A stretch of DNA of 64,000 nt, taken from positions 192,001 through 256,000 of the forward strand of contig OZ252251.1 of assembly GCA_965249725.1 (NCBI GenBank), read 5' to 3'. The position numbers and the translations under genes were made by a program. Of the stretch, positions 20,097-30,425 are shown in pieces. The notes beneath the pieces were generated by a model that was given only the letters and a program-made list of their open reading frames with translations, ran no database searches and was not told where the DNA came from. Source of the DNA: Longimicrobiales bacterium. Its GTDB lineage: Bacteria; Gemmatimonadota; Gemmatimonadetes; Longimicrobiales; Gaopeijiaceae. Each line of letters starts with the position of its first letter. The first letter of the stretch is position 1.

Positions 20097-21269
20097 ATGA
20101 CGGATCCGATCGCCGGACGGATCGTGGATTTCATGTCGAATCATCGCACCGAGATGCTCGCGTTGTTGACCGACATGGCCATGCTCGAGTCGCCGTCCCT
20201 CGTTCCCGAGACCCAGCTGCCGGTACAGAACCTCGTGGAGCAGGCCCTCGCAGACTGTGGGTTCGAGGCGACCCGCTTTCCGGGTGAACGGACGGGGGGA
20301 CACATCGTCCTCACTCCTCGTGGCTACGAGGAGGGCCAGCGACCGATACAGGCTCTCCTCGGGCATACGGACACGGTGTGGCCTCTCGGTACCCTGAAGA
20401 GGATGCCCGTGGAGATCGATGAGGAGGGGGGCGTGGTTCGCGGCCCCGGCGTCTTCGACATGAAGGGGGGCGTCGTCCAGATGGTGTTCGCTCTCCGGGT
20501 ACTCGCCGAGCTGGGTCTACGACCCGAGGTGATACCCGTCGTCTTTCTGAACTCGGACGAAGAGATCGGCAGTCCCGAGTCACACGCGCCCATAGAACGC
20601 CTGGCCAAGACCGCGAGCCGGGTGCTGGTGATGGAGCCCGCACTCAGCCCCGACGGCCGGATCAAGACCACGCGCCGCGGCGTCGGGCAGTTCCGCATTC
20701 AGGTGGTCGGCAAGGCCTCGCACTCCGGCCTCGCTCCTGAAGAAGGGGCCAGCGCCATCCAAGAGATGTCCCATGTGATCCAGTTCCTCCATGGACTCAC
20801 CGACTGGGACAAGGGCATCGCCATGAATGTGGGCACCGTGTCCGGGGGGACTCGGGGCAACGTGGTGGCCGCCGAGTGTCGAGGCGAGTTGGACGTTCGC
20901 GTGACGACGATCGAGGACGCCCGCGCGGTGGAGGAGGCGATCCGGGGCCTGGCCGCCAGGACGCCAGGGACCCGAGTGGAGATCGAAGGCGCAGTCGATC
21001 GGGCCCCCATGGAGGCGACACCCCGCAATCGTGCACTTTGGGAGGCGGTACGGGGATGTGGGCTCGAGATGGGAGTGGAGTTGGTTCAGGGACTCTCGGG
21101 AGGTGCGTCGGACGGCAACATCACCAGCCTCCACACGGCCACGGTGGATGGGATGGGCGCCGTGGGTGACGGTGCCCACGCGGACCACGAGTACCTGGAG
21201 ATCGACAAGCTGCTTGAGCGGACGGCTCTGCTCGCGCTCACACTCCTGGTTCCCGCGCTGGACGGATAG
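20097..21269 (+). CDS. M20 family metallopeptidase (carboxypeptidase G2-like; candidate N-succinyl-amino acid desuccinylase)
   Basis: GHTDTVW, GPGVFDMKGG, SDEEIGS, MEP, GGASDGN, GAHADHE; GGAGG RBS before ATG 20097. Confidence 0.85.
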   Translation: MTDPIAGRIVDFMSNHRTEMLALLTDMAMLESPSLVPETQLPVQNLVEQALADCGFEATRFPGERTGGHIVLTPRGYEEGQRPIQALLGHTDTVWPLGTLKRMPVEIDEEGGVVRGPGVFDMKGGVVQMVFALRVLAELGLRPEVIPVVFLNSDEEIGSPESHAPIERLAKTASRVLVMEPALSPDGRIKTTRRGVGQFRIQVVGKASHSGLAPEEGASAIQEMSHVIQFLHGLTDWDKGIAMNVGTVSGGTRGNVVAAECRGELDVRVTTIEDARAVEEAIRGLAARTPGTRVEIEGAVDRAPMEATPRNRALWEAVRGCGLEMGVELVQGLSGGASDGNITSLHTATVDGMGAVGDGAHADHEYLEIDKLLERTALLALTLLVPALDG

Positions 21270-21315
21270 CGTCTTCGGCTCCACATCTCAGCGGACATAA
21301 GGAGTATCCTTGTGT

Positions 21316-21409
21316 GTTGGCTATGCAACCACTTATATTGGTCGTGCAACTTCTTGAGAGATGGAAATCAGAAAGGTGTAGGTACAACTTACTTTGTTGC
21401 TAATGCAAT
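21316..21409. promoter_or_regulatory. Four palindromic operator-like boxes, consensus GTTG-N6-CAAC
   Basis: GTTGGCTATGCAAC 21316, ATTGGTCGTGCAAC 21337, GGTGTAGGTACAAC 21375, GTTGCTAATGCAAT 21396 in an AT-rich patch upstream of a MarR gene. Confidence 0.7.
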
Positions 21410-21420
21410 AAGAGGTGGCC

Positions 21421-21954
<534 letters not shown>

Positions 21955-21976
21955 GGCCTCGGGGGCCCGCCCCGAA

Positions 21977-22896
21977 CTAGCGGGGCCGCTCGATAAAGCT
22001 CACGAGGGCTTGCAGAAAGTAGGCACGCGGCGTCTCCAGAAAGGCCGCGTGATCCCCGCCCGGGACGACCACCCACTCGCGATCGGCCGTGGCAACCTGT
22101 GAGAGAAGGCCGCCTGCGCTTCCGTCGGGGCAAAGGGATCGTGCTCGCCCTGGATGAGGAGTGTGGGGACGATCACCTTGGCCGGATCCAGCTCGTTCCA
22201 TTCGTGGAGTCGCCGCCAGTCCACCCTGACGGGATCGGCCTCCAGCGCTCACCTCACGTATTCGTCGATGGCCGCCTGGCTGATCGTCCCGGGAAGAATG
22301 AAGTCGCTGGCGGCCGCTTCGGCGGTGGTGGGCTGCGCGGGTGGAGCCGGTGGATCGTCGGCGACCGCGAGCTCCGCCCCGGGAGACCAGGGATATCCGA
22401 ACAGGACCACCCCGGAAACCAGCTCAGGCCAGCGCTGGATGGTGAGTTGAGACACCATGGCTCCGTACGACCACCCGAAGAGCATGGGCCGCTCCCGCCG
22501 CCCGGTGCGTTCCCAGACGCGCTGGAGGACGGCCCTTAGGTCGCGGGCCGCCCGGTCGGGAGTCAACCAGCCCGTCTCGTCCCGCGGGGTGGCACCGTAC
22601 CCTCTCAGGTCGACGGCGAACGTTGCATAACCGGCGGCGATCAGCCCGTCCATGAGTGAGAGGTCCTCACCCGGCACCTGAAGATCGAAGTCCGGGAGTC
22701 CGCTCCACGTGCGCCCGTGGACCAGAACCACCACGCCCTTCGGGCTCGGACCCGCCTTCTCCCAGATGGCGATCGGATGACCACCCACCTCGGCGGTCCG
22801 GCGAATGGGTTCCTGGCTCTGGACGGACGCCGGGAGCAGCGTCAGGACCAACGCGAGGATCACAGACGAGTCGAACAGCCGGACCGAGGTAGTCAC
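21977..22896 (-). pseudogene. Secreted alpha/beta hydrolase with internal stop and frameshift
   Basis: VHGRTWS, DLRGYG, GWSYG nucleophile; in-frame TGA at 22249-22251; reading continues (PTLLIQGEHDP), then shifts frame near 22105 into VPGGDHAAFLE. Confidence 0.8.
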
Positions 22897-23029
22897 GACT
22901 CCTCCTTCAGGATGAGAACGCCGGCCTCGGGACAAGAGGTGGCTCGGCGGCAAGCTGGTCTCGCGCACCCGGCCGCCGCAAGTTGCCCCGAGCGAAACGC
23001 ACACGTCACGTCCAAAGGAGCCGCACGCG

Positions 23030-23860
23030 ATGGGGTCCGAGTTCACGATCCGCCCCTTCGAGACAATAGAGGAGTTCCGCGACTGCGTGCGTTTTCAGGA
23101 GGAGACCTGGGGCATGGGTTTCTCCGAGCGTGTCGCCGTAGCCATCCTCAAGGTGAGCCAGCGCTTGGGGGGTATCGCTTCGGGAGCCTACGACGAGAGC
23201 GGAGACCTGGCCGGGTTCGTCTACGGAATGACCGGGGTGGACGGCAGCGAGGTCATCCATTGGTCGGATATGCTCGCGGTCCGGCCCGGCCTTCAGAACA
23301 CCGGCTTGGGCGCTCGACTGAAGGCGTACCAGCGGGAGACGCTCCTGGCGCAGGGCATCACGAGGATGCACTGGACCTTCGATCCGCTGGAGTCCAAGAA
23401 CGCCCACCTCAACCTGAACAAGCTCGGTGCGGTGGCGAGCGAGTACGTCCAGGACATATACGGCCAGACCGACTCGCACCTCCACGCGGGCATCGGAACC
23501 GACCGGTTCGTCCCGACTTGGTGGATGGACTCGGAGCGGGTGGTGCAACGCCTGGTCGAGGGCCGTTCGGGCCCGGAGGTCGGGGGGGATGAGGGCGCTG
23601 TTCTGGCCTTCGCGGTGGTCGAGGAGGGCAGCCTGCTGCTCCCGGGCGAACCGGACCTCGCGCTCGATGCGCCCCGTATCCTCACGCCGATCCCCTCATC
23701 GATCCAGGACTTGAAGGCCGAGTCGCTAGAGGCGGCCGTGCGGTGGCGTCAGGCCACCCGGGCCGTATTGTCCGGCTACATCGAGCGGGGATACGAGGTG
23801 AGAGAGCTCTACCGCCGCGAAACCCATTCCGAGTACCTGCTGGTGTCGACCCACGAGTGA
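23030..23860 (+). CDS. GNAT-family acyltransferase (candidate D-amino acid N-succinyltransferase)
   Basis: WSDMLAVRP..QNTGLG..LK..QR, WTFDPL..KNAHLNLNKLGA, TDRF; AAGGAG RBS; adjacent to NSAR/OSBS gene. Confidence 0.8.
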   Translation: MGSEFTIRPFETIEEFRDCVRFQEETWGMGFSERVAVAILKVSQRLGGIASGAYDESGDLAGFVYGMTGVDGSEVIHWSDMLAVRPGLQNTGLGARLKAYQRETLLAQGITRMHWTFDPLESKNAHLNLNKLGAVASEYVQDIYGQTDSHLHAGIGTDRFVPTWWMDSERVVQRLVEGRSGPEVGGDEGAVLAFAVVEEGSLLLPGEPDLALDAPRILTPIPSSIQDLKAESLEAAVRWRQATRAVLSGYIERGYEVRELYRRETHSEYLLVSTHE

Positions 23861-23870
23861 GAGGAACCCT

Positions 23871-24971
23871 GTGAAGATAGATCGCATCGAGTTACGAGAG
23901 ATCCGCATGCAGCTCACCGAGCCGTTCGAGATATCGAGCGGCGTGGCCTACGACCGGCGGATCATGCTCCTCGCGTTGACGTGCGACGGCGTCACCGGTT
24001 GGGGCGAGTGCGTGGCGGGCGAGCACCCGGACTACTCGTACGAGACCATCCACACTGCGTGGCCGACCCTTACCGGACTGATTCTCCCGAAGATCCTGGG
24101 AGCCGAGGCGGAGACGGCCACGGGCCTGATCGATCCCATTCGGTGGATCCGTGGCCACAACATGGCCAAGGCCAGCGTCGAGATGGCCGCCAACGACCTC
24201 GAGGCCAAGCTGAAGGGGGTGCGCCTCGCAGATCAGGTCGGGGGGGCGCGCGAGGCGGTGAAGGTCGGGGTGAGCATCGGTCTTCAGCCCGACGACGAAG
24301 CGCTACATCGCAAGGTGGGCGACTTCATGGAACAGGGGTACTCGCGCATCAAGATCAAGATCAAGCCGGGACGCGACGTCGAGATGCTGACCGGCCTGCG
24401 GGAGCGTTTCCCGGACGTCCCGATGATGGTCGACGCGAACTCGGCGTACACGTTGGAGGACGCCCCGAGGTTGAAGGTGCTGGACGGTCTCGACCTCATG
24501 ATGATCGAGCAGCCGCTGGCCTACGACGACTACCGGGACCACGCTCGCCTGCAGGAGATGCTCGAATCACCGGTTTGCCTGGACGAGTCCATCCGATCGG
24601 TGCGTGATGCGGAGTTGGCGATCGAGATCGGCGCTTGTCGGATCATCAACATCAAGCCGGGGCGGGTAGGGGGCTTCGAGTCGTCCAAGGCGATTCACGA
24701 TGTGTGTCTGGCGAACGATATGCCCGTCTGGTGCGGCGGAATGCTCGAGTCCGGTGTGGGGCGCGCACACAACGTGGCACTCGCCACGCTTCCAGGATTC
24801 ACGCTTCCGGGAGACATCTCTTCGAGCCGTCGCTACTGGCACGAGGACGTCGTCGACCCCGAGTTCGTCATGGTGGATGGCGAAATGCATGTCCCCTCAG
24901 GGCCGGGCATCGGCGTCGAGATGAGGACGGATCTGGTCGAGGAACGAACGGTCCGGAAGGAGACGTTCTGA
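23871..24971 (+). CDS. menC: o-succinylbenzoate synthase / N-succinylamino acid racemase (enolase superfamily)
   Basis: KIKIK, VDANSAY, IEQP, LDES, INIKPGRVGG, WCGGMLE, PGDIS. Confidence 0.85.
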   Translation: MKIDRIELREIRMQLTEPFEISSGVAYDRRIMLLALTCDGVTGWGECVAGEHPDYSYETIHTAWPTLTGLILPKILGAEAETATGLIDPIRWIRGHNMAKASVEMAANDLEAKLKGVRLADQVGGAREAVKVGVSIGLQPDDEALHRKVGDFMEQGYSRIKIKIKPGRDVEMLTGLRERFPDVPMMVDANSAYTLEDAPRLKVLDGLDLMMIEQPLAYDDYRDHARLQEMLESPVCLDESIRSVRDAELAIEIGACRIINIKPGRVGGFESSKAIHDVCLANDMPVWCGGMLESGVGRAHNVALATLPGFTLPGDISSSRRYWHEDVVDPEFVMVDGEMHVPSGPGIGVEMRTDLVEERTVRKETF

Positions 24972-25083
24972 GCGGCATCAGGGATCCTCTCATGGACCCC
25001 GCGGCGCCGGATACGCGTATTGAGGGGAGAGGGACAGCCGGAGGTTAGGGGCAAGAGAGCCTACAACCGAGGGGGAGGCAGCC

Positions 25084-25803
25084 ATGATCATGCCCACGAT
25101 TCGTGCCTCACTGAGTCGTCGGGACGAGCGGCAGCTAGCGGCGCTCATCGGCCGTGACGACGCTGAGACTTCCGACGCAGCGCACCGCCGCCTCGACCAA
25201 CACGGGGTCGACAGCCTTCTGGATGATCCCCGGGTCCTGAACGGCCTCCTCACCGACCCCGAGGTTTCCGTCCCTCCCACCATCGTCTTCTACGTGCTGG
25301 TGCGGCAGGCCCTGCTGGAGGGGGGTATCGACGACCGCGGCACAGCCGACTATGTCGCATCGTTGGTCGCCGCGTTCGGACGTGCTCGCAGGGCGTATCG
25401 GATCTCGGCGGAGGATGGCGGCGAGTTCCACTACATGACGGACATGATTTCCGAGATGCGGACCGCCGGAGGGCGACGACGCTTCCTCCTGCGGGTGCAC
25501 CTTGGGGACTACGCTCTCTGGATGTCCGGGCTCTTCCCCGATTACCTGGAGGCACGGACTCGACGCAAGGGTGCTCCGCCGATCACGTACTTCGAGGAGC
25601 TGGGGGCCGACGGCTATCGGCGCGCGTCCGAGAGCCGAGAGGCCGAGGCACTGGGCATGAAGGCCGTGTTGCGCGGGATCTCCGACCGCTTCAAGGGGGT
25701 GCGCGTGGCGCTCAACCGGATCTCCGATCGCCACTTCTGGCCAAACGGTGGTGACCCGGTCGGTCGGCTGCTGCGAGAGGTGTCAGGCCAGCTAGAGGGC
25801 TGA
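25084..25803 (+). CDS. Hypothetical protein
   Basis: GGAGG RBS, 239-aa ORF with host-like codon usage (HLGDYALWMSGLFP); no function recognised. Confidence 0.7.
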   Translation: MIMPTIRASLSRRDERQLAALIGRDDAETSDAAHRRLDQHGVDSLLDDPRVLNGLLTDPEVSVPPTIVFYVLVRQALLEGGIDDRGTADYVASLVAAFGRARRAYRISAEDGGEFHYMTDMISEMRTAGGRRRFLLRVHLGDYALWMSGLFPDYLEARTRRKGAPPITYFEELGADGYRRASESREAEALGMKAVLRGISDRFKGVRVALNRISDRHFWPNGGDPVGRLLREVSGQLEG

Positions 25804-25838
25804 GGCCGGCTAGAGGGCTGAGGCCCGCCGGAGGGCCG
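25785..25838. repeat. 18-bp tandem repeat x3 (AGGCC(A/G)GCTAGAGGGCTG; third copy degenerate)
   Basis: Copies at 25785, 25803, 25821 spanning two convergent stop codons. Confidence 0.8.
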
Positions 25839-27597
25839 GGACCGGGCGGAGGCACGCAGGACAGAAGCGCCACCCGCGCCTCACTTGGCCCCCACACCGG
25901 CACAGTTCCCTCACATGCGTACCGCAGTGCGGGCATCCCAGAGCGTCCGTCGGGATCTCCCCGTCACAGCGAGAGCAGGGCACCACGGCTCCGGGGTCGG
26001 TTTGAATCACACGAGCGACCTCATGCGGAGTGGTCAGGCCTTCTGAGACCTTCCGGCGCGCGTCTTCCGAGAGAGAGGCCATCCCGCTTTCCACGGCCAG
26101 GCGGCGGAGCGTTGCCGTCGAAGCTCCCCGAATGATCTCGTCACGCATGTAGTCGTTGACCGCGAGCACCTGGAAAACACCGGTTCGCCCCGAGTAGCCG
26201 TCGGGGCAGCGGCCGCACCCGTCGACCGGCCTTCCGCGGCAGGCGGTGCAGAGGGTGCGAACCAGTCGTTGAGCGACCACCCCGGTAAGCCCCCCCGCGA
26301 CGAGGTAGGGGGGGACGCCCATGTGGAGCAGCCGGGTGATGGCCCCCGGGGCGTCGGTAGTGTGAATGGTGGAAAGGACGAGATGACCGGTGACCGCCGC
26401 CGCCATCGCGATCTCCGCCGTTTCGCGGTCGCGGATCTCTCCGATCATCACTACGTCGGGGTCCTGACGCAGGATCGCTCGAAGGGCGGCCGGAAAGGTC
26501 ATGCCGGCCAACGGTCGGACCTGAACCTGGTTGACCCCGGGCACGCGGTACTCCACCGGATCCTCCACAGTGACCACGTTCAGACCCTCTTGATTGAGCT
26601 CCGCCAGGGCGGCGAAGAGGCTGCTGCTCTTCCCACTGCCCGTCGGGCCCGCCGCGAGGATCACGCCTTGGCCCGCCGCACCCAGTCTACGGATCAGCTT
26701 CAGGTCTCGGTGGGCGAATCCCAACGCGTCGAGATTCCGTGGGGCCTGCAGCGGGTCGAGGAGTCGGAGGACGATCTTCTCCCCTTCGACAGTGGGGAGG
26801 GTCGAGACCCGCACCCGTAACGACCCACCAGCATGTGCGAAGCCGAACCCCCCGTCCTGCGGTCGCCGTTTGACCGAGATGTCCATGCCCGAGATGACTT
26901 TGATGCGCGAGGCCACGGGACCGAGGCTCGATCCGGGCAGGCTGAGCGAGCGCCTGAGCAGACCGTCGACCCGCCAGCGCACGACGAGTTGCCCCCCGGA
27001 AGGCTCCAGGTGAATGTCGCTGGCACCGAGCGAGGCCGCCTGATGGAGGACGTGGTTCACCAAACGCACGACCGGAGCCGATTCCGCGGCCGCTTCTGTG
27101 GCCCCTGCTGTGACCGTTGCCACGGTCACGTCGACGTCTGGCAGGCCCTCGACGAGATCCGCGAGTTCCTCGCCGTAGGACGTACGAATGGCTTCGGCCA
27201 ACGCGGAAGGGGCGGCCACTACGGCCTCCACGTGACGGCCCGTGCTGAAGCGGGCTTCGTCCAACGTGACTCGGTCCAAGGGGTCGGAAATAGCCAGGCG
27301 CAGAGTGCGGTTGCCCGCCGACAGCGGTAGGACCTGATGCGCACGGGCGAAGGGGGCCGCGATGAGGTCGAGCGCCTCGCGGTCGGGGGTCAGAGGTCCT
27401 TCCGCGAATGGGAGCTTTAGCTGGTTGGCCAATGTTCGAGCGACGGCCACGTCGTCGACGTATCCCCGCGAGACGAGGATGTCCCCTAGGCGTCCACTCG
27501 TGCGGTCCTGCTCGGTGAGACCGGCCTCCAGATCGCGGGCGCTGAGGCTTCCCGAGTCCACGAGGAGCGTACCGAGTGGCGTGGGTCGTGTGGCCAT
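25810..27597 (-). CDS. GspE/PilB-family secretion ATPase with MshEN-like N-terminus and C-terminal zinc ribbons
   Basis: GPTGSGKS, EDPVE, LRQDPD, GEIRD, STIHT; RLGDIL motif; terminal CxxC pairs. Confidence 0.9.
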   Translation of the reverse strand: MATRPTPLGTLLVDSGSLSARDLEAGLTEQDRTSGRLGDILVSRGYVDDVAVARTLANQLKLPFAEGPLTPDREALDLIAAPFARAHQVLPLSAGNRTLRLAISDPLDRVTLDEARFSTGRHVEAVVAAPSALAEAIRTSYGEELADLVEGLPDVDVTVATVTAGATEAAAESAPVVRLVNHVLHQAASLGASDIHLEPSGGQLVVRWRVDGLLRRSLSLPGSSLGPVASRIKVISGMDISVKRRPQDGGFGFAHAGGSLRVRVSTLPTVEGEKIVLRLLDPLQAPRNLDALGFAHRDLKLIRRLGAAGQGVILAAGPTGSGKSSSLFAALAELNQEGLNVVTVEDPVEYRVPGVNQVQVRPLAGMTFPAALRAILRQDPDVVMIGEIRDRETAEIAMAAAVTGHLVLSTIHTTDAPGAITRLLHMGVPPYLVAGGLTGVVAQRLVRTLCTACRGRPVDGCGRCPDGYSGRTGVFQVLAVNDYMRDEIIRGASTATLRRLAVESGMASLSEDARRKVSEGLTTPHEVARVIQTDPGAVVPCSRCDGEIPTDALGCPHCGTHVRELCRCGGQVRRGWRFCPACLRPVPALRRASAL

Positions 27598-27651
27598 GCC
27601 GGAGTGTGGCGCCCGGGGCGGGGCGTTCGAATGGCCGGTGCGGCCCTTGGG

Positions 27652-28544
27652 TCAGGAATCCAGCAGGTCCAAGACCAGGGGCGCCACGTCCAGAATGGAC
27701 GAGGGAGTCCTCTCCGCTTCGGCCGCCGGTCCGGCCAGCAGGCCCAGCACGGGGTTTCGCGTGTGGCCTCCGGTGAGGTCTTCGAGGTTTCCGTGGTCAC
27801 TGGCCACAACCAGCGAGTCCCCCTCAGGGAGGCCATCCACTACGGCGGACAGGAACTCATCGACCCTTTCGAGGGCCGCAACGGCCTCTTTGGCGCTTCC
27901 CTGGTGGCCGGCGTAGTCGGTGGTGTAATGGGCGTAGAAGGTGAGGTCGACGGATGCAGCGATCCGGGCCAGGTTGGCTCCGGCTTCACCCGGAGTGATC
28001 CGAGGCACCTCGTCGTGTCCCAATTTGTCCCTCCACCCTCCGTTTACGATCTCGCTCGAGACGGCATCGCCGGAAGCCAGTTCCGCAGCGTGCCGGTTCA
28101 GGAGGCCCGCGGCGTTGGCCGCCAGAGGTGGGGCGGCCGGGAACCGCGATCCGTGCCCCTCGAGGTACCCGTCCGGGTAGGCGTTGGCGAAGGCCGCGGA
28201 GTGGCCGGCCTCCAACGCCCGGCTGAGGACGTTCTTTTCGAGGAGAAGCGGGCGAAGGCGGACGGGCGCCCACGGACCGAAGTGACGCCCGAAAGCGGTG
28301 GCCGCGTTCTCGCCGGTCAGCAGGGCAATCTGGCCGGTGCCACTCTGTGGCGTTCCCGCGACGCCCAGGTTCGCATCCAAGGGGAGGGCCCGGGCCCGGG
28401 GACCCGTGACTTCAGGTTCGTCTAGGGTCGGTACCCGCCCAGCAGCCTCTCCAGGCCGGGCAGTTCTGCCTGAAGGAAGGGGTTGAGGTCGGGCTCCGAC
28501 GGTCCGATGCCGACCCCGTCGAGGAAGATGAAGAGGACGGACAC
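27652..28544 (-). pseudogene. Alkaline-phosphatase-superfamily metalloenzyme (phosphoglycerate mutase-like), frameshifted near 28440
   Basis: GTG 28544 gives VSVLFIFLDGVGIG...NPF, which hits TAG; the body (PQSGTGQ, TDYAGH, SDHGNLE, HTRNPV) is in another frame; one extra G in a G run restores it. Confidence 0.75.
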
Positions 28545-28550
28545 GCTGGG

Positions 28551-28736
28551 TCAGCGGGAACGTCGGAGGGCCTCGATCAAGCTCCGGGGCTGGTTGCGTT
28601 GCGGCGCTTCCGTGTTGAACAGGGAGCGCACAAGGGAATCGGGCCGGGAGAGATCGAAGGTCAGGAAAATGCCGAACAGGACGACGGCCAGGACAATCAG
28701 GACCCGCCCGACGTCTCTATTGCGTCCCGCCGACAC
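28551..28736 (-). CDS. Small single-TM hypothetical protein
   Basis: 61 aa with one hydrophobic helix, packed within 5-6 bp of co-oriented neighbours. Confidence 0.6.
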   Translation of the reverse strand: MSAGRNRDVGRVLIVLAVVLFGIFLTFDLSRPDSLVRSLFNTEAPQRNQPRSLIEALRRSR

Positions 28737-28741
28737 GTCAT

Positions 28742-29338
28742 CTACACCAGAGTAGAAAGACCGCTCTCTTCAGGGGGAGTCACATCGACAGGCCGTACGT
28801 CCATGGTGACCTGCACGGCGACGTGGCCCATGTCTGCGCGGTCTCGCAGTGCGTCTCGAATCCTCGGCTCGACCTTCTTGTACGCAGCGACCACCCCGTC
28901 CCGGATCTCGAGGCGAAGCACCTTGAGCGCGTTGACGTCGGGGCGGCTCGTCTTGGTCTCCTTCTTGGCTTCCACGAGTCGCTCGGGGAAGATCTCGAAA
29001 GGAGCCATGCCCACGTCGTCGGGGCGGGGCGAGTCGATGTATTGAATCGCGATCGAGACATCTCCGCGGGCGTGATGGGTGGGAATGTCACCCACGGCGC
29101 GGAAGTGCGAAGCCAGCTTGCCGAGCTCCACGTTGGCGGCGGCCTTCGTGTAGGCGCTCTCGACGATGGCGAAAATCCGTCTCATCCGCTCGGGCGTGGT
29201 AGCATCGATGTCGGGAATCTCCGTCTGGAGCTCTCTCCCGATGGCGTGCCGATCCTGGCCTGCGTGACCCTCCTCTTCCCGGGTGCGCTGCCGATCGATG
29301 TTCTCCAGGATGCGATCAGGGTTCGTCCGAAGGCTCAT
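28742..29338 (-). CDS. Hypothetical protein
   Basis: Purine-rich RBS before ATG 29338 (MSLRTNPDRILENID); host-like codon usage. Confidence 0.7.
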   Translation of the reverse strand: MSLRTNPDRILENIDRQRTREEEGHAGQDRHAIGRELQTEIPDIDATTPERMRRIFAIVESAYTKAAANVELGKLASHFRAVGDIPTHHARGDVSIAIQYIDSPRPDDVGMAPFEIFPERLVEAKKETKTSRPDVNALKVLRLEIRDGVVAAYKKVEPRIRDALRDRADMGHVAVQVTMDVRPVDVTPPEESGLSTLV

Positions 29339-29569
29339 CTTCTCTTCTCCATCATCACGGGCCTGCCCGTGGTACGTGTCTCTTGAGTCATCAACGATAA
29401 CCCGTGCGGTCGGCGGAGGCCAAGAGGACCCAAGTGACTCGGCCTTCACGAATTAGCGACTTTTCGAGAGACGAAGATTCCCTCGGCTCTGGTCGTAGAG
29501 TAGACTGATCGACGTGCAGCGATCCCTCGGCCGATCTGTTCGGGGGCCATACATCAAGAGGAGAAGTCG

Positions 29570-30409
29570 ATGCGAGTCAGAATGCTCCCGTTGGGTGGTG
29601 CGGCGTTGGTGGCCGCGTGTGGTGGAGGTGCGGCGCTAGGGGGCGGAGCCGACGTGATGACGTATGGGGTTCCCGGTGGCGGCCCGCTTTCCTACGCGCG
29701 GACCGATTCGATGAGCTTGACGATTCAGGCGCCGGGAATGGGATCCTTCACGACCCGTGTGGATCAGGACATGACGCTGGGTGTCGCCTTCGCGCCGTCG
29801 GCTCCCGGTGTGCGCGTGACGGCAACGGTGGAGCGGCTTGCGGCTCGAATGACGAATCCCATGGGCGCTCCGGCCACTTTGTCCGAGGCCGACGTCGAGG
29901 GCGAGTTCGTGTTCACCGTGGATGGCCGAGGGAACGCTGATTTGATCGACATTCCGGAGGTGTCGGGAGCCTCGGGGCCGATCTTCAATGCGACGTCGCT
30001 CGCTTATGATCTGCTGCCCAAACTGCCGCCGCGGGGGGCCGTCCCGGGGAGCAGTTGGGTGGATACCACGACCTATGCGGGCGTCGACGCTACCGGATCC
30101 ATCGAAGTCACCTGGGCGGGCACTTACACTCTGGTGGGCGATACGGTTGCGGACGGACGGCTTATGAAGCTCGTAAGAACGAGTGCCGAGGTCTCGATCG
30201 ACATCGAGGCGTCTGTGTCGGGGATGAGCTTGACGCAGGGCATGTCGGGACCTGAGACCGGCTTCTATCTGTGGGATCCCTCCCGGGGTGCTCTGTTCTT
30301 GCAGGTGCTGGACCGTGATCTGGAGGGCACGGTGAAGGTCGCTGCCGTGCCGTCACCGATGAAACTGACCGCGAAGCAGCGGAAGACCATGAAGATGGCC
30401 GGCGGTTGA
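29570..30409 (+). CDS. Hypothetical lipoprotein
   Basis: GAGGAG RBS; lipobox LVAAC; beta-rich body. Confidence 0.7.
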   Translation: MRVRMLPLGGAALVAACGGGAALGGGADVMTYGVPGGGPLSYARTDSMSLTIQAPGMGSFTTRVDQDMTLGVAFAPSAPGVRVTATVERLAARMTNPMGAPATLSEADVEGEFVFTVDGRGNADLIDIPEVSGASGPIFNATSLAYDLLPKLPPRGAVPGSSWVDTTTYAGVDATGSIEVTWAGTYTLVGDTVADGRLMKLVRTSAEVSIDIEASVSGMSLTQGMSGPETGFYLWDPSRGALFLQVLDRDLEGTVKVAAVPSPMKLTAKQRKTMKMAGG

Positions 30410-30425
30410 GCGGCCCCGAGACCCT

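Noticed and set aside
22249..22251. In-frame TGA as selenocysteine or readthrough
   Set aside because: Not at a catalytic Cys-like position, no convincing SECIS hairpin, and a second frameshift follows
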